From Eubacteriales bacterium (GTDB taxonomy: Bacteria > Bacillota > Clostridia > Lachnospirales > Lachnospiraceae), in NCBI GenBank assembly GCA_030524455.1, contig JAUNGT010000011.1, positions 5,052-69,051 of the forward strand: 64,000 bases of DNA, written 5' to 3'. The notes below the pieces were generated by a model, which was given only the letters and a program-made list of their open reading frames with translations, ran no database searches and was not told the DNA's origin. The translations under genes and the position numbers were made by a program. Positions within the stretch are counted from its first letter, which is position 1, and each line of letters starts with the position of its first letter. Below are positions 37,165 to 46,685 of this stretch, piece by piece.

Positions 37165-37914
37165 ATGCTGACAGAAAAACGCCAGGCGGAAATCCTCCGC
37201 CTTCTCAAAGAGCAGGGAAGTATCACCCTGCAGGAATTAAAGGAAACCCTGGGAGCCTCCGAATCCACGATCCGGCGCGACTTAAACGCCCTCGATCAGG
37301 AGGGGAAGCTGTGCAAGGTGTTCGGCGGCGCCGTCCGCACGGACGGCGATGAAAAAATCGTCAGCACCGAGGACAGCGTTTCGGCCCGCGAGGTGCGAAA
37401 CCGTTCGGAAAAGGAGGCGGTCGCCCGTTATGCCGTCTCCCTGATCCATCCTGACGACTATATCTATCTGGATGCGGGCACCACCACCGGCTGCCTGATC
37501 CCGCTGCTGCCTCCCATCCGGGCCACCTTTGTGACCAACGCCATCGCCCACGCCCGGGCGCTGGCCGCCAGAGGCTTTCAGGTGATCCTGCCCGGCGGAG
37601 AGGTCAAGGCCTCCACCGAGGCGCTGGTGGGCCACAGCGCCTGTCAGTTTCTGCAGCGCTATCATTTTTCGGTAGGCTTCTTTGGCACAAACGGCGTCCA
37701 CCAGAAGGCGGGCTTCACCACCCCCGACCAGCTGGAGGCCGAGATCAAGCGGACGGCGCTGTCAAACTGCCACCGCCGCTATGTGCTCTGCGATCACGAA
37801 AAATTCAACGTGGTCACGCCGGTCTCCTTCGCAGCCTTCCCGGATGCCACGGTGATCACGTCCGGCCCCCTGCCGGGGGGGTATACCGAATGCCGGAATG
37901 TGATTACGGTGTGA
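37165..37914 (+). CDS. fruR: DeoR/GlpR-family repressor FruR
   Basis: Start refined to ATG 37165; ASESTIRRDL, YLDAGTTT, VTN, FFGTNGV, LCDHEKF. Confidence 0.92.
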   Translation: MLTEKRQAEILRLLKEQGSITLQELKETLGASESTIRRDLNALDQEGKLCKVFGGAVRTDGDEKIVSTEDSVSAREVRNRSEKEAVARYAVSLIHPDDYIYLDAGTTTGCLIPLLPPIRATFVTNAIAHARALAARGFQVILPGGEVKASTEALVGHSACQFLQRYHFSVGFFGTNGVHQKAGFTTPDQLEAEIKRTALSNCHRRYVLCDHEKFNVVTPVSFAAFPDATVITSGPLPGGYTECRNVITV

Positions 37915-40267
37915 TTTTTTCCACCGTTATAACGGTCATCGAATGTTCCGCAAATTCCCACTCCAGTTCATTGCCCCTCACGACAGTCTGCCTCGTGTGG
38001 GGCACAACGGTATCCGGATATTCAAAAGTATTTTCCGCCGTCAACGCATTTTCCTTCAATTCCGTCACCTCTGCCCTCCGCACTTCCACCGTCTTATGCG
38101 TGGCATTCTTTTGTTTCTGTTCCTCAAACCGTATCATTACCTTTTTGGCTTCTCCGGTCAGATTGACTGCCTTCAGGATCGTTTTCTCCCCATCCCGGCT
38201 TGCGGCCAGATATAACTCCTCCAGCTCCGGCATCCGGTATGTGGCGTCGTTGTAAAGCTCGCCGTTTATGTAGGTACGGATCCGTCTTCCGCGCACCTCC
38301 AGGCGCAGGCGATAGTCACGATCCTCCACCCGGAAAATCCGATGGGAAATTGTGGAGGCGCGCCCGTTGCAAACACTGGAAAGATTACAGTCCCAGTTGT
38401 CCCATCCGCCAAACTCCCACTCCACAAAGTTTCCTTCTCCCTTTTTCCCGAAGAAAATCTTTAACCCCTTTCGCCCGGCCGTCCTGCAAAAATCAAATTC
38501 CAGATCAAAGCCCTCCGCATCACTGTCCGCCAGCCGAATTTCACAATTATCCTCCGACACATCGAAATCTGCGATCTCCAGTTTTTTATCCGGACCGTAT
38601 GAAACAAAAGCTACGTTCCGAATCCGTCCTGCAATATCATTTCCCCGCAAAGAAACACTTCCGTCAAGCCTGTCCTTTTCCGATAACCGAATGATTTTAT
38701 CCAAACCGGAGGTGGTAAACTCCAGTTCCTGTGTACCCTGATAAATCATAAACAGCTTTTGTACATAGTAGTTGGGTGTTTTCAAAATGCGATGGTTGTC
38801 AAACCACAGCATATCCGGCTTCCAATTTACATAGTCCACATTGCAGAGCATGGGAGCATAGCAGGCAAGCCCCACTGCCTTGGCCCTTTCCAGATGGGTC
38901 ATATAGGCGGCCTCCACCAATGCGTTGTAATAGGTATTTCCCCAGGAAGCATATTCCCCCAAAAATACCTTCGGGCCTTTCTCGTCATAATCATCATAGT
39001 GATGCATATTTGCCAAAAACCATTCCGGCGAACAATAATAATGCTCGTCAATCAGATCAGAGCCGTATTTTTTTGCACTGGACCAACCCGCTTCATACCC
39101 CTCCCCCACAGAAAACGGACCGGCAGAATTGATCAGCTTAATCTGAGGATATTTCTCCCGGACAGCCCGATGGAAATAAGGATAACGCTCAAAAAATCCC
39201 GCTCCGATCTCCTCGTTGCCGATTGCCAGATATTCCAGCCCAAACGGTTTCTCGTGTCCCATCCGCGCCCGCAGGCCGCCCCACTTTGTATCGGTACCGC
39301 CATTGGCAAACTCGATTAAATCCAATGCCTCCTGTACCCATTTCCCGATTTCCTCCAAAGGCGCGCCTTCCCCCGTATGCGGGTTGAAGCCGCCGGGCAG
39401 CACCGGAAGCGGCTTTGCGCCGATATCCTCACAGAACAGGAAATACTCATAATATCCCAGTCCCATGGACTGATTGTATCCCCAACTGTTGCGCCTGGAA
39501 GGTCTCTCCTCCACCGGCCCAAGTGTATTTTCCCAGCGATACATCGAATCGTGAGCATTCTCGTCCAGACTGCCTGCGTGGGTCAGGCAGCCGCCGGGAA
39601 ACCGCAGAAATTTCGGCTTCATCTCGCACAACGCCTGAGCGATATCCTGCCGCAGTCCGTTTTTCCGTCCCCGGAAGGTGTCCTCAGGGAACAAAGAAAC
39701 CATATCCAGACACAATGCTCCTCCCTCAGGAAACGTAAGGCGCAGTCGTCCCTGCGCAGTCGTCTGATCTGCAGTCAATCTAAGCTCATATTTTTTCCAT
39801 TCCTGACCCTCGGCGCAAAGCCGCCCCTCAGCGCAGTGCTCCCCGAAATCAGCGCTTCCTTCCTGTTCCTTTCTCTCTATGCTGACCAATATGGGACAGC
39901 TGATCTCCCTTACCTTTGCATAGAAAGAAAGCCTGTACACCTTCCCTTTTTCCACATAGATGCCGGTGTTGTAGCCGCTGTTTTCAACAAAGCTGTCCGG
40001 CTGTGCCTGAATGCTAAGATAATGCGGATTTTTTTCGTTTAGCGGAGCTGCACTGCCGATCTCCCACTCCAACTGCCCGCTCTTTTCCCAGGCAGTTAAA
40101 CCGTGATAGCCCTCCCGGTCCATCGCGCAGAATTCAAAGGAACGGTTTCGTACCAGCTCTGCGTATAAACCGCCGTCCGCCGCATGATTCAGATCTTCAA
40201 AAAATAAACCGTATAAATCTCCCAGCTCTCGTCTGACCTGATCCTCGTAAATTGTAATAGTCTTCAT
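37904..40267 (-). CDS. GH51 alpha-L-arabinofuranosidase with an extra inserted domain
   Basis: GLFFEDLNHAADGGLYAELVRNRSFE, FLRFPGGC, AIGNEE, DEHYY, FLGEYA, ACYAPML, PNYYVQKLF. Confidence 0.92.
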   Translation of the reverse strand: MKTITIYEDQVRRELGDLYGLFFEDLNHAADGGLYAELVRNRSFEFCAMDREGYHGLTAWEKSGQLEWEIGSAAPLNEKNPHYLSIQAQPDSFVENSGYNTGIYVEKGKVYRLSFYAKVREISCPILVSIERKEQEGSADFGEHCAEGRLCAEGQEWKKYELRLTADQTTAQGRLRLTFPEGGALCLDMVSLFPEDTFRGRKNGLRQDIAQALCEMKPKFLRFPGGCLTHAGSLDENAHDSMYRWENTLGPVEERPSRRNSWGYNQSMGLGYYEYFLFCEDIGAKPLPVLPGGFNPHTGEGAPLEEIGKWVQEALDLIEFANGGTDTKWGGLRARMGHEKPFGLEYLAIGNEEIGAGFFERYPYFHRAVREKYPQIKLINSAGPFSVGEGYEAGWSSAKKYGSDLIDEHYYCSPEWFLANMHHYDDYDEKGPKVFLGEYASWGNTYYNALVEAAYMTHLERAKAVGLACYAPMLCNVDYVNWKPDMLWFDNHRILKTPNYYVQKLFMIYQGTQELEFTTSGLDKIIRLSEKDRLDGSVSLRGNDIAGRIRNVAFVSYGPDKKLEIADFDVSEDNCEIRLADSDAEGFDLEFDFCRTAGRKGLKIFFGKKGEGNFVEWEFGGWDNWDCNLSSVCNGRASTISHRIFRVEDRDYRLRLEVRGRRIRTYINGELYNDATYRMPELEELYLAASRDGEKTILKAVNLTGEAKKVMIRFEEQKQKNATHKTVEVRRAEVTELKENALTAENTFEYPDTVVPHTRQTVVRGNELEWEFAEHSMTVITVEKITP

Positions 40268-40270
40268 TTT

Positions 40271-41188
40271 TCATCCTTTCACGGAGCCTACCATCACGCC
40301 CTTCTCAAAAAACTTCTGTGCAAAGGGATACATGATAATCAGCGGGATCGCCGACAGTATCATGCAGGCCAGCTCGATTGTTTTATAATTGGAGGCCGCC
40401 TCCGACATGGCGGATAAAATTGACGACATAGAACTTCCGTTTAAGCTGCTGCTTAAATTGGCTGCTGCCTCGCTGGATTTCATCAACGACAGTGTATAAT
40501 AGGACAGCGTTTGCAGTCCCTCGGATTTTGTATAGTAAAGCGTCTGCGTGTAATCGTTCCACATGCCCACTGCCGTAAAAATACCCAACGCACTTAATAC
40601 AGGCTTGGACAGGGGCAACACGATCCGGAAGAAAATCACCGGCTCCGACGCGCCATCCATCTTGGCGGATTCAAACAAAGACTCCGGAATCGCCTTGAAA
40701 TTTGCATTGAAAATAATTACATTGTAAAACCCTCCAAAGAGAGAAGGAATGATATACACCCAGAACGTATCATACAGGTTCAGCGCATTGAACAGGATAA
40801 AATAGGCGATCACGCCACCGTTCAGGTACATACACAAAAATCCCAGAGCCGCATAAAATTTTTTCCCGGTCAGATTCGGCCTGGAAAAACCATAGGCAAA
40901 CATCGACGTGATCAGTGTCTGCAAAACAGTGACGATCAGCGTTCTGGAGAAGGTGGTAAAAAGGGCCTTCAAAATCTCCGGGTCATTCAGGACTGTTTTC
41001 CAGCTCTCCCAGGTAAAATCCCGGATCCACAAAAGCGCATATCCATTTTTTGAAATATCCGCAGCGCTGTTTAAGGAGTTGATCAGAGAGTACCATACCG
41101 GATAGACCGTGATCAGCATGATAAGCACCATCACTCCAGTAAGTACCACATTAAAAATCCGCTGATTTTTGGAATTCAGTTTATTCAT
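40271..41188 (-). CDS. Carbohydrate ABC transporter permease
   Basis: EAA motif IPESLFESAKMDGAS, IVLPLSKP, multi-TM. Confidence 0.93.
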   Translation of the reverse strand: MNKLNSKNQRIFNVVLTGVMVLIMLITVYPVWYSLINSLNSAADISKNGYALLWIRDFTWESWKTVLNDPEILKALFTTFSRTLIVTVLQTLITSMFAYGFSRPNLTGKKFYAALGFLCMYLNGGVIAYFILFNALNLYDTFWVYIIPSLFGGFYNVIIFNANFKAIPESLFESAKMDGASEPVIFFRIVLPLSKPVLSALGIFTAVGMWNDYTQTLYYTKSEGLQTLSYYTLSLMKSSEAAANLSSSLNGSSMSSILSAMSEAASNYKTIELACMILSAIPLIIMYPFAQKFFEKGVMVGSVKG

Positions 41189-41198
41189 CGCAACCTCC

Positions 41199-42149
41199 TC
41201 AGAACAATCCGCTGTCGGTCAGCTTATTGGAAACCTTGTTTGCGCCCACCAGCAAAATCAAAGCCAGCACGGATTTGAAAATATTGATCGCCGCCGCCAT
41301 TCCAAACTGCAGCTGCTGTAATCCCACCTTATAAATATAGGTATCAATCACCTCGCTTCGCTCCAAATTGAAAGCGTTCTGCAGTACATAAAGCTGATCA
41401 AAATTGTTATTCAAAATACCGGCCACCGCGAAAATCATCATAATAACCACTGTCCCTTTGATACAGGGCAGCGTCACATACCACATCTTCCGATAACGGC
41501 CCGCGCCGTCCAATACGGCCGCCTCGTAGAGTTCCTGATCCACGCCCGCAATCGCCGCCGTATACAAAATCGTGCCCCATCCAATTTCCTTGACCAGATT
41601 TGAAACGATGGAAATGGCCCAGAAATATTTCGGCTCCGCCATAAACACAACCGGAGTGTCAAGTATTCCAAGCCGCAGAAGCAAAGCGTTGACCATGCCG
41701 CCGTCCGCGCTCAAAAGCTCAATCACAATACCGCCGAACACCACCCAGGAAATAAAGTGCGGCATATAGGTGACCGTCTGAACACAGCTTTTGAATCTGG
41801 GCTTGGCAATCTCGTTGATAAAAAGCGCAAACAGGATCGTCAGCGGCAGTGCCACAAGCTGACCGATCAGATTCAGGCCCAGGGTATTGACCAGCATCCT
41901 TGAGAAATCGTGATTGGAAAAAATAATTTTAAAATTCTGAAGCCCGTAAAAGGGACTGGTGAAAATCCCCAGAATCCCCTCTGTTACCTTGTAATTTTTA
42001 AAGGCCAGTATCAGGCCGAACAAGGGAATTACATTGAACAAAATCATCAGCACCGTGCCCGGCAGCATCATGCCGTGAAGCTGGCACTGTGTCCCCTTAT
42101 CGTATCCAAGCCTGTAGTTTGAAGCTTTTGATTTTTTTGTACTTTTCAT
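41199..42149 (-). CDS. Carbohydrate ABC transporter permease (LplB/YteP-like)
   Basis: Start refined to ATG 42149; YMPHFISWVV, AGVDQELYEAAVLDGAGR, EVIDTYIY. Confidence 0.93.
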   Translation of the reverse strand: MKSTKKSKASNYRLGYDKGTQCQLHGMMLPGTVLMILFNVIPLFGLILAFKNYKVTEGILGIFTSPFYGLQNFKIIFSNHDFSRMLVNTLGLNLIGQLVALPLTILFALFINEIAKPRFKSCVQTVTYMPHFISWVVFGGIVIELLSADGGMVNALLLRLGILDTPVVFMAEPKYFWAISIVSNLVKEIGWGTILYTAAIAGVDQELYEAAVLDGAGRYRKMWYVTLPCIKGTVVIMMIFAVAGILNNNFDQLYVLQNAFNLERSEVIDTYIYKVGLQQLQFGMAAAINIFKSVLALILLVGANKVSNKLTDSGLF

Positions 42150-42157
42150 GATGTCCT

Positions 42158-42199
42158 CCAAAAAAGCGGGCGCCTGGGAATTTTCTCTCCCCGACGCCC
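42158..42199 (-). terminator. Stem-loop plus U-tract downstream of the binding-protein gene
   Basis: Minus strand GGGCGTCGGGGA-N8-TCCCAGGCGCCC-GCTTTTTT; typical partial terminator/stabiliser after sugar SBP genes. Confidence 0.55.
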
Positions 42200-42222
42200 C
42201 TTCTGTCTTTGGCCGCGCCTGC

Positions 42223-43920
42223 CTACTTGTAAAGCGCTGCGTTTACATCCTCTATTTTTTCACCCAGCCGCTGACAGCTCTCCTGCAAATACTTGTCATA
42301 TTCCGCATCGATCTCTTCGATGGAGTAACTGTTCAAAGTGTCAATCATATTCTGATATTCCGTCTCAAAAGCCTCGTCCGTGGAAGCCGACACAATCTTT
42401 GCCTTCTGGGACTCCAGATAATTGTCCACCTGGGAAAGCTTGATACCCAGATCGCTGGAGGGCTCGATCACATTGCCGCTGGTAAAGGAGATCAAATCGG
42501 AATTATAAATATAGGTATCCTCATATTTTCCCATTGCCGTGCTGACCTGATTGAAGGCTGCCGCATCCGTTCCCTCCTCGGGAGCCGCCTGTGTGGACCA
42601 CGCATAATCCGTATTGGCAAATGGCCACAGCGTAATATTCTTGGCATAATCGTCCTCGTATCTCTTCTGTCCCTCCTCGGTGCGAACCGCAACGCCATTT
42701 TCGTCAAAATTAAAATCTACACCCTCCACACCGTATTCATTTAGCGTAAGTCCTTCTCTGCTTGTCGCAAAGCTGAGCATCTTGGCGATCTGTTCCGGAT
42801 TCTCACAATCCTTGGAGATAAAGGTCTGAATCCATCCGGAGCCTGCGGAAAGATTGATACCGGCCACAGGCTTCGCACCGTTGGAGGCCAGGATCGGTCC
42901 ATAAGAGACGAAAGGAATCTGCTCCTTTTTGCTGCTCTGTGCAGGGTTTCCGATCCAACAAAATACCCGTCCGCCCTCCACATAGGTTTTTAACGCCGCC
43001 TCGTCCAATGTCAGCACGTTTACATCCAAATATCCGTCCTGAATCAGATTGTTCACAAACTTCAGCGCATTCTTATAGCCGGGAGCCATCTCGAGATGCC
43101 GGTAAGCGCCCTCCTCGTCCACCGGTGCCACGCCGAAGGTCTCACGGATGATGCCGTCCAGAGAGGAATTAATCCAGAGGTTCGCGTGAAGTACCACGGG
43201 AAGCACAGGCTGTCCGTCCACTGTGTAGCCGGAATTTTTAACCTTCTCGCAGGCGGCATAAAAGCCTTCCTCCGTCTGCACATCCTCCTGCGTAATCCCA
43301 AGCGCATCCATAATCGTCTTGTTGAACATGATGGAGGAGTTATGTCCCTTCGTCACATTATCCAGATAAGCCTGCTGGGTCAGCGGGTACACCTGGCGCA
43401 TATCCTCCGACTCCAGATGACTGGGAAGGGAATACCAGCCGCCGTACTTATAGACCACCGCCTCCTTGATATCCTCCGGAAAATCCGTCAGCAAATGAGA
43501 CTCCGGATCATAGGTCTGCAAAAATTCCTCTATCTGCCATACCTTTCCGGACTGAATCAGCTGCTTGATCGTATCCGCATCCGTCAGGGAAATCATGTCC
43601 GGCAGATCTCCGGAAGCGATCATCAATCCAACCTTTGTGTCCGCATCTGTGGGCGGCTGCTCCAGTTTCAGGGCCAGCCCCGTCTTTTCCGTAATCGCAT
43701 CCATCAGCGGGGAAGTCTCCACACCGCTTGTCCAGCCTGAAGGTCCCCACCCTGTCACATCGGAAAACCATTCCACCTCTGCCACAGAGTTTCCTGCATC
43801 CGCGCTTTGCGACGATGCGGTTTGATCCGCTGCAGCGCTGCCTCCGCAGGCTGCAAGCCCTGCGGTCATCGCGCCTGCCAGCGCCAGAATGCTCGCTTTT
43901 TTTACAATCTGTCTTTTCAT
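42223..43920 (-). CDS. Carbohydrate ABC substrate-binding lipoprotein
   Basis: Lipobox GLAAC; LMIASGDLPDMI; upstream of two permeases. Confidence 0.92.
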   Translation of the reverse strand: MKRQIVKKASILALAGAMTAGLAACGGSAAADQTASSQSADAGNSVAEVEWFSDVTGWGPSGWTSGVETSPLMDAITEKTGLALKLEQPPTDADTKVGLMIASGDLPDMISLTDADTIKQLIQSGKVWQIEEFLQTYDPESHLLTDFPEDIKEAVVYKYGGWYSLPSHLESEDMRQVYPLTQQAYLDNVTKGHNSSIMFNKTIMDALGITQEDVQTEEGFYAACEKVKNSGYTVDGQPVLPVVLHANLWINSSLDGIIRETFGVAPVDEEGAYRHLEMAPGYKNALKFVNNLIQDGYLDVNVLTLDEAALKTYVEGGRVFCWIGNPAQSSKKEQIPFVSYGPILASNGAKPVAGINLSAGSGWIQTFISKDCENPEQIAKMLSFATSREGLTLNEYGVEGVDFNFDENGVAVRTEEGQKRYEDDYAKNITLWPFANTDYAWSTQAAPEEGTDAAAFNQVSTAMGKYEDTYIYNSDLISFTSGNVIEPSSDLGIKLSQVDNYLESQKAKIVSASTDEAFETEYQNMIDTLNSYSIEEIDAEYDKYLQESCQRLGEKIEDVNAALYK

Positions 43921-44033
43921 TGCATCTCCTCCTCGTCATTTTTTATGCTTTTGTTTTCTCAACTGTTAATTTATTATAAAAAACGCTACATTGAATTGGT
44001 ATGTGTGAATTTCAGAATTTTGGTCAAAATTTT

Positions 44034-44060
44034 AAAAAAAGAAGCCCTCACAGGCTTCTT
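44034..44060 (-). terminator. Intrinsic terminator overlapping the response regulator stop
   Basis: AAGAAGCC-N6-GGCTTCTT followed by a T run on the minus strand. Confidence 0.65.
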
Positions 44061-44800
44061 CTGTAGGCGCTGGGGCTAATACCCGTAGCCTTTTTAAACA
44101 CTTTCATAAAGTAAAAGTAATCACCGTAGCCAACCTGCTCCGCAATCTCCTCGATGCTCCTGTCCGTGTCCTTCAGCAGCTGCTGGGCTTTTTGGATACG
44201 GGCCTCCAGCAAATGGTCGCTGTAGCTTTTCCCCGTATTTTTCTTGATAATCTGACTGACCGCACTGACACTCATGCCAAAGTTCTCCGCCAAAAGCTGC
44301 TGCGTTACAGTAGCATAATGTTTCCGCAGATAGACAAGCATCTCCTGCGCCGTTTTCCCTTCCGATTGCCAGGGCCGCTCCCCTTCCGTCTCCGTCCCTC
44401 CATCCCCCTCCTCATTCAGGCGGCGCCGGTTCAGCCTTTTCTCCACCTTTTTCAGACAGGATAACAACTCCTCCTCGTACACCGGCTTTAACAGATAGTC
44501 AGCGCAGCCGTACTGCAACCCCGCTCTGGCATACTCAAATTCCGAATAACCGCTGATAATCACCACCTCTGCGTCCAGCTTTGCCTCCCGTACTCTGCTG
44601 ATCAATTCGATTCCATCCAGGCCCGGCATCTGAATGTCTGAGATAATCAAATCCGGCTTCGTGTTGCAGATCCGCTCCCAGGCCTTCACGCCATCTGTCG
44701 CCTCCCCGCAGATCACAAAACCGCTTTCTCTCCAATCAATCAGATTTTGCAGTCCCAGAAGCACCCATGGTTCATCATCCGCTAAAAATACTCGATACAT
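44048..44800 (-). CDS. YesN-like response regulator (REC plus AraC HTH)
   Basis: Start refined to ATG 44800; VFLADDE, ISDIQMPGLDG, DYLLKP, VGYGDYFYFMKVFKK. Confidence 0.94.
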   Translation of the reverse strand: MYRVFLADDEPWVLLGLQNLIDWRESGFVICGEATDGVKAWERICNTKPDLIISDIQMPGLDGIELISRVREAKLDAEVVIISGYSEFEYARAGLQYGCADYLLKPVYEEELLSCLKKVEKRLNRRRLNEEGDGGTETEGERPWQSEGKTAQEMLVYLRKHYATVTQQLLAENFGMSVSAVSQIIKKNTGKSYSDHLLEARIQKAQQLLKDTDRSIEEIAEQVGYGDYFYFMKVFKKATGISPSAYRRSL

Positions 44801-46556
44801 CCGCACTTTCCTCCCTTTCCGGCCTGCCCGACGGCATTTCCATTGTCACACAGGTTCCTTCACCCTCGCAGCTTTCCATAGACATACCACAGCTCTCCCC
44901 GTAAAAAAGCTTCATTCTGCGGGCCACATTCTGAAGGCCAATTCCCTGTACCCTGAAATTTTCATCCTCAAAGGTAAATTCCCCGCCCAGCTTCCTTCTC
45001 TGTTTTTCCAGCATTTCCCTGTTCATCCCCCGTCCATCATCGCATACCTGTATCTGCATACGGCTCCCCGAAAGCTTCCTCACAGACACGCTTACCCTTC
45101 CCTTCTCCAGCTTCGGCTCCACACCGTGACGCACCGCATTTTCCACAATAGGCTGCACCAGCATCTTTGGAAGTTTCCAGGACAGCGTCTCCTCCTCAAC
45201 AGAAAACTCCAGACGGATCTTTCCCATAAACCGATACTCTATAATGACCGCATATTCCCTCAGATTCTGCAGCATCTCCTGCACGGTCACCCACTCGTCT
45301 CCCTTAACATTATAGCGAAACAGCCTGGACATGGCTCCCGTCAGTTTTGCAATTTCTTTTTCTCCCCGATACAACGCCATGCCCCGGATACACTCCAACG
45401 CATTATACATAAAATGCGGGTTAATCTGATTTTTGTATGCAATCATTTCCGTCTGTTTCTTGGCGTATTCCAGCTTCAGATAACGCTTTTCCCCTTCCAC
45501 GATCCTGCCATTTAACTCTTCAATACCGTCCAGCATCTCATTGATTTCCTTCTCCAGTTCCCCAAATTCGTTTTTATCGGAAACCTCCAGCCGCTGACTG
45601 GTATCCTGGGTAAATCCCACCACAAAAGCCAGCTGCCGTCGAATCGGACGGATCACCTTACAGTAGATCATGTAGCACATCCATCCAAATGCAGCCAATG
45701 TCACCAGATACGTCAGTACGTTGATCGCCTGCACCTGATTCATATAGGACATATAAGAAAGCCGCGGAACAATGTAGCGAATGGACCAGCCGGACATCGG
45801 CAGCTTTTTTTCAAAATTCAAATAGTTGTTTCCCTCATTCCCGCTGTCAAGAAAATCCCCCCATATTTCCTGATTCCCGGAAAATGTCAGCACCTCACCC
45901 GACTGATCCAAAATCACGGCATAGCTTTCTTTCTCCTGATAGGCCGATGACATTAGCTTTAAAATATCGGACAGCTGGGCAGTTCCAACAAGCAGCACTA
46001 CTCTGCCCGACTCTCTCCAGCTTCCGTTTTCCGCTTTTTCATAGATCGGATTTGTCACCTGAAAATACGGCTCCGAGCCCCCGTACACCTGCACAACTCC
46101 TGAAAATGAAACTCCCGCCGGATTTTCCGTCAAATCGTCCGCCGGGGCAAACAGTGTTCCCTGGCTGCCGATCACCCGTCCGTCCCTGTCGTAGGCGCTG
46201 ACCGCGGCAATGCTATCGTTTAACTTCATCAGGCTGGCCGCCAGTTGGGCAAACGCCTCTCTTTTGTCCCAACGCTCCGCAAATCCGGAAGCACCCGTGT
46301 ATCCGGCCGCCAGTGCATTATAGGTAGTGCTTGCGGAAAGTTCCGCCAGATTCACCTCAAACTTCTCCACCTTTTCCGCCGCCTCATTAAAAAAATCCTC
46401 CCTCACAGCGATGGACTCGCGCTGATAGGAACGGTTGATCACCACATAATTGCTCAAAAACGCAGCGATAATAACCGCACCAATTCCCAGAAGGATACGG
46501 ATACTGTTTTTCATCAACCCGCTCTGCATGACCATCTTTTTCATGTGATTTTTCAT
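44775..46556 (-). CDS. YesM-like sensor histidine kinase
   Basis: Start refined to ATG 46556; QINPHFMYNALE, VQPIVENAVRHG, DDGRGM, GIGLQNV. Confidence 0.94.
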   Translation of the reverse strand: MKNHMKKMVMQSGLMKNSIRILLGIGAVIIAAFLSNYVVINRSYQRESIAVREDFFNEAAEKVEKFEVNLAELSASTTYNALAAGYTGASGFAERWDKREAFAQLAASLMKLNDSIAAVSAYDRDGRVIGSQGTLFAPADDLTENPAGVSFSGVVQVYGGSEPYFQVTNPIYEKAENGSWRESGRVVLLVGTAQLSDILKLMSSAYQEKESYAVILDQSGEVLTFSGNQEIWGDFLDSGNEGNNYLNFEKKLPMSGWSIRYIVPRLSYMSYMNQVQAINVLTYLVTLAAFGWMCYMIYCKVIRPIRRQLAFVVGFTQDTSQRLEVSDKNEFGELEKEINEMLDGIEELNGRIVEGEKRYLKLEYAKKQTEMIAYKNQINPHFMYNALECIRGMALYRGEKEIAKLTGAMSRLFRYNVKGDEWVTVQEMLQNLREYAVIIEYRFMGKIRLEFSVEEETLSWKLPKMLVQPIVENAVRHGVEPKLEKGRVSVSVRKLSGSRMQIQVCDDGRGMNREMLEKQRRKLGGEFTFEDENFRVQGIGLQNVARRMKLFYGESCGMSMESCEGEGTCVTMEMPSGRPEREESADVSSIFSG

Positions 46557-46685
46557 CCTTCGTCCAATATTCCGGCAGCATTTGAACTGCATCCTAAAAA
46601 AAGCACGTTTGCCCCCTCTGCCGGCCCTGCAAAAGTCTCAAAGACTCTACAACCCGGAAAAGCAACGCGCAAACGTGCCGATTTT

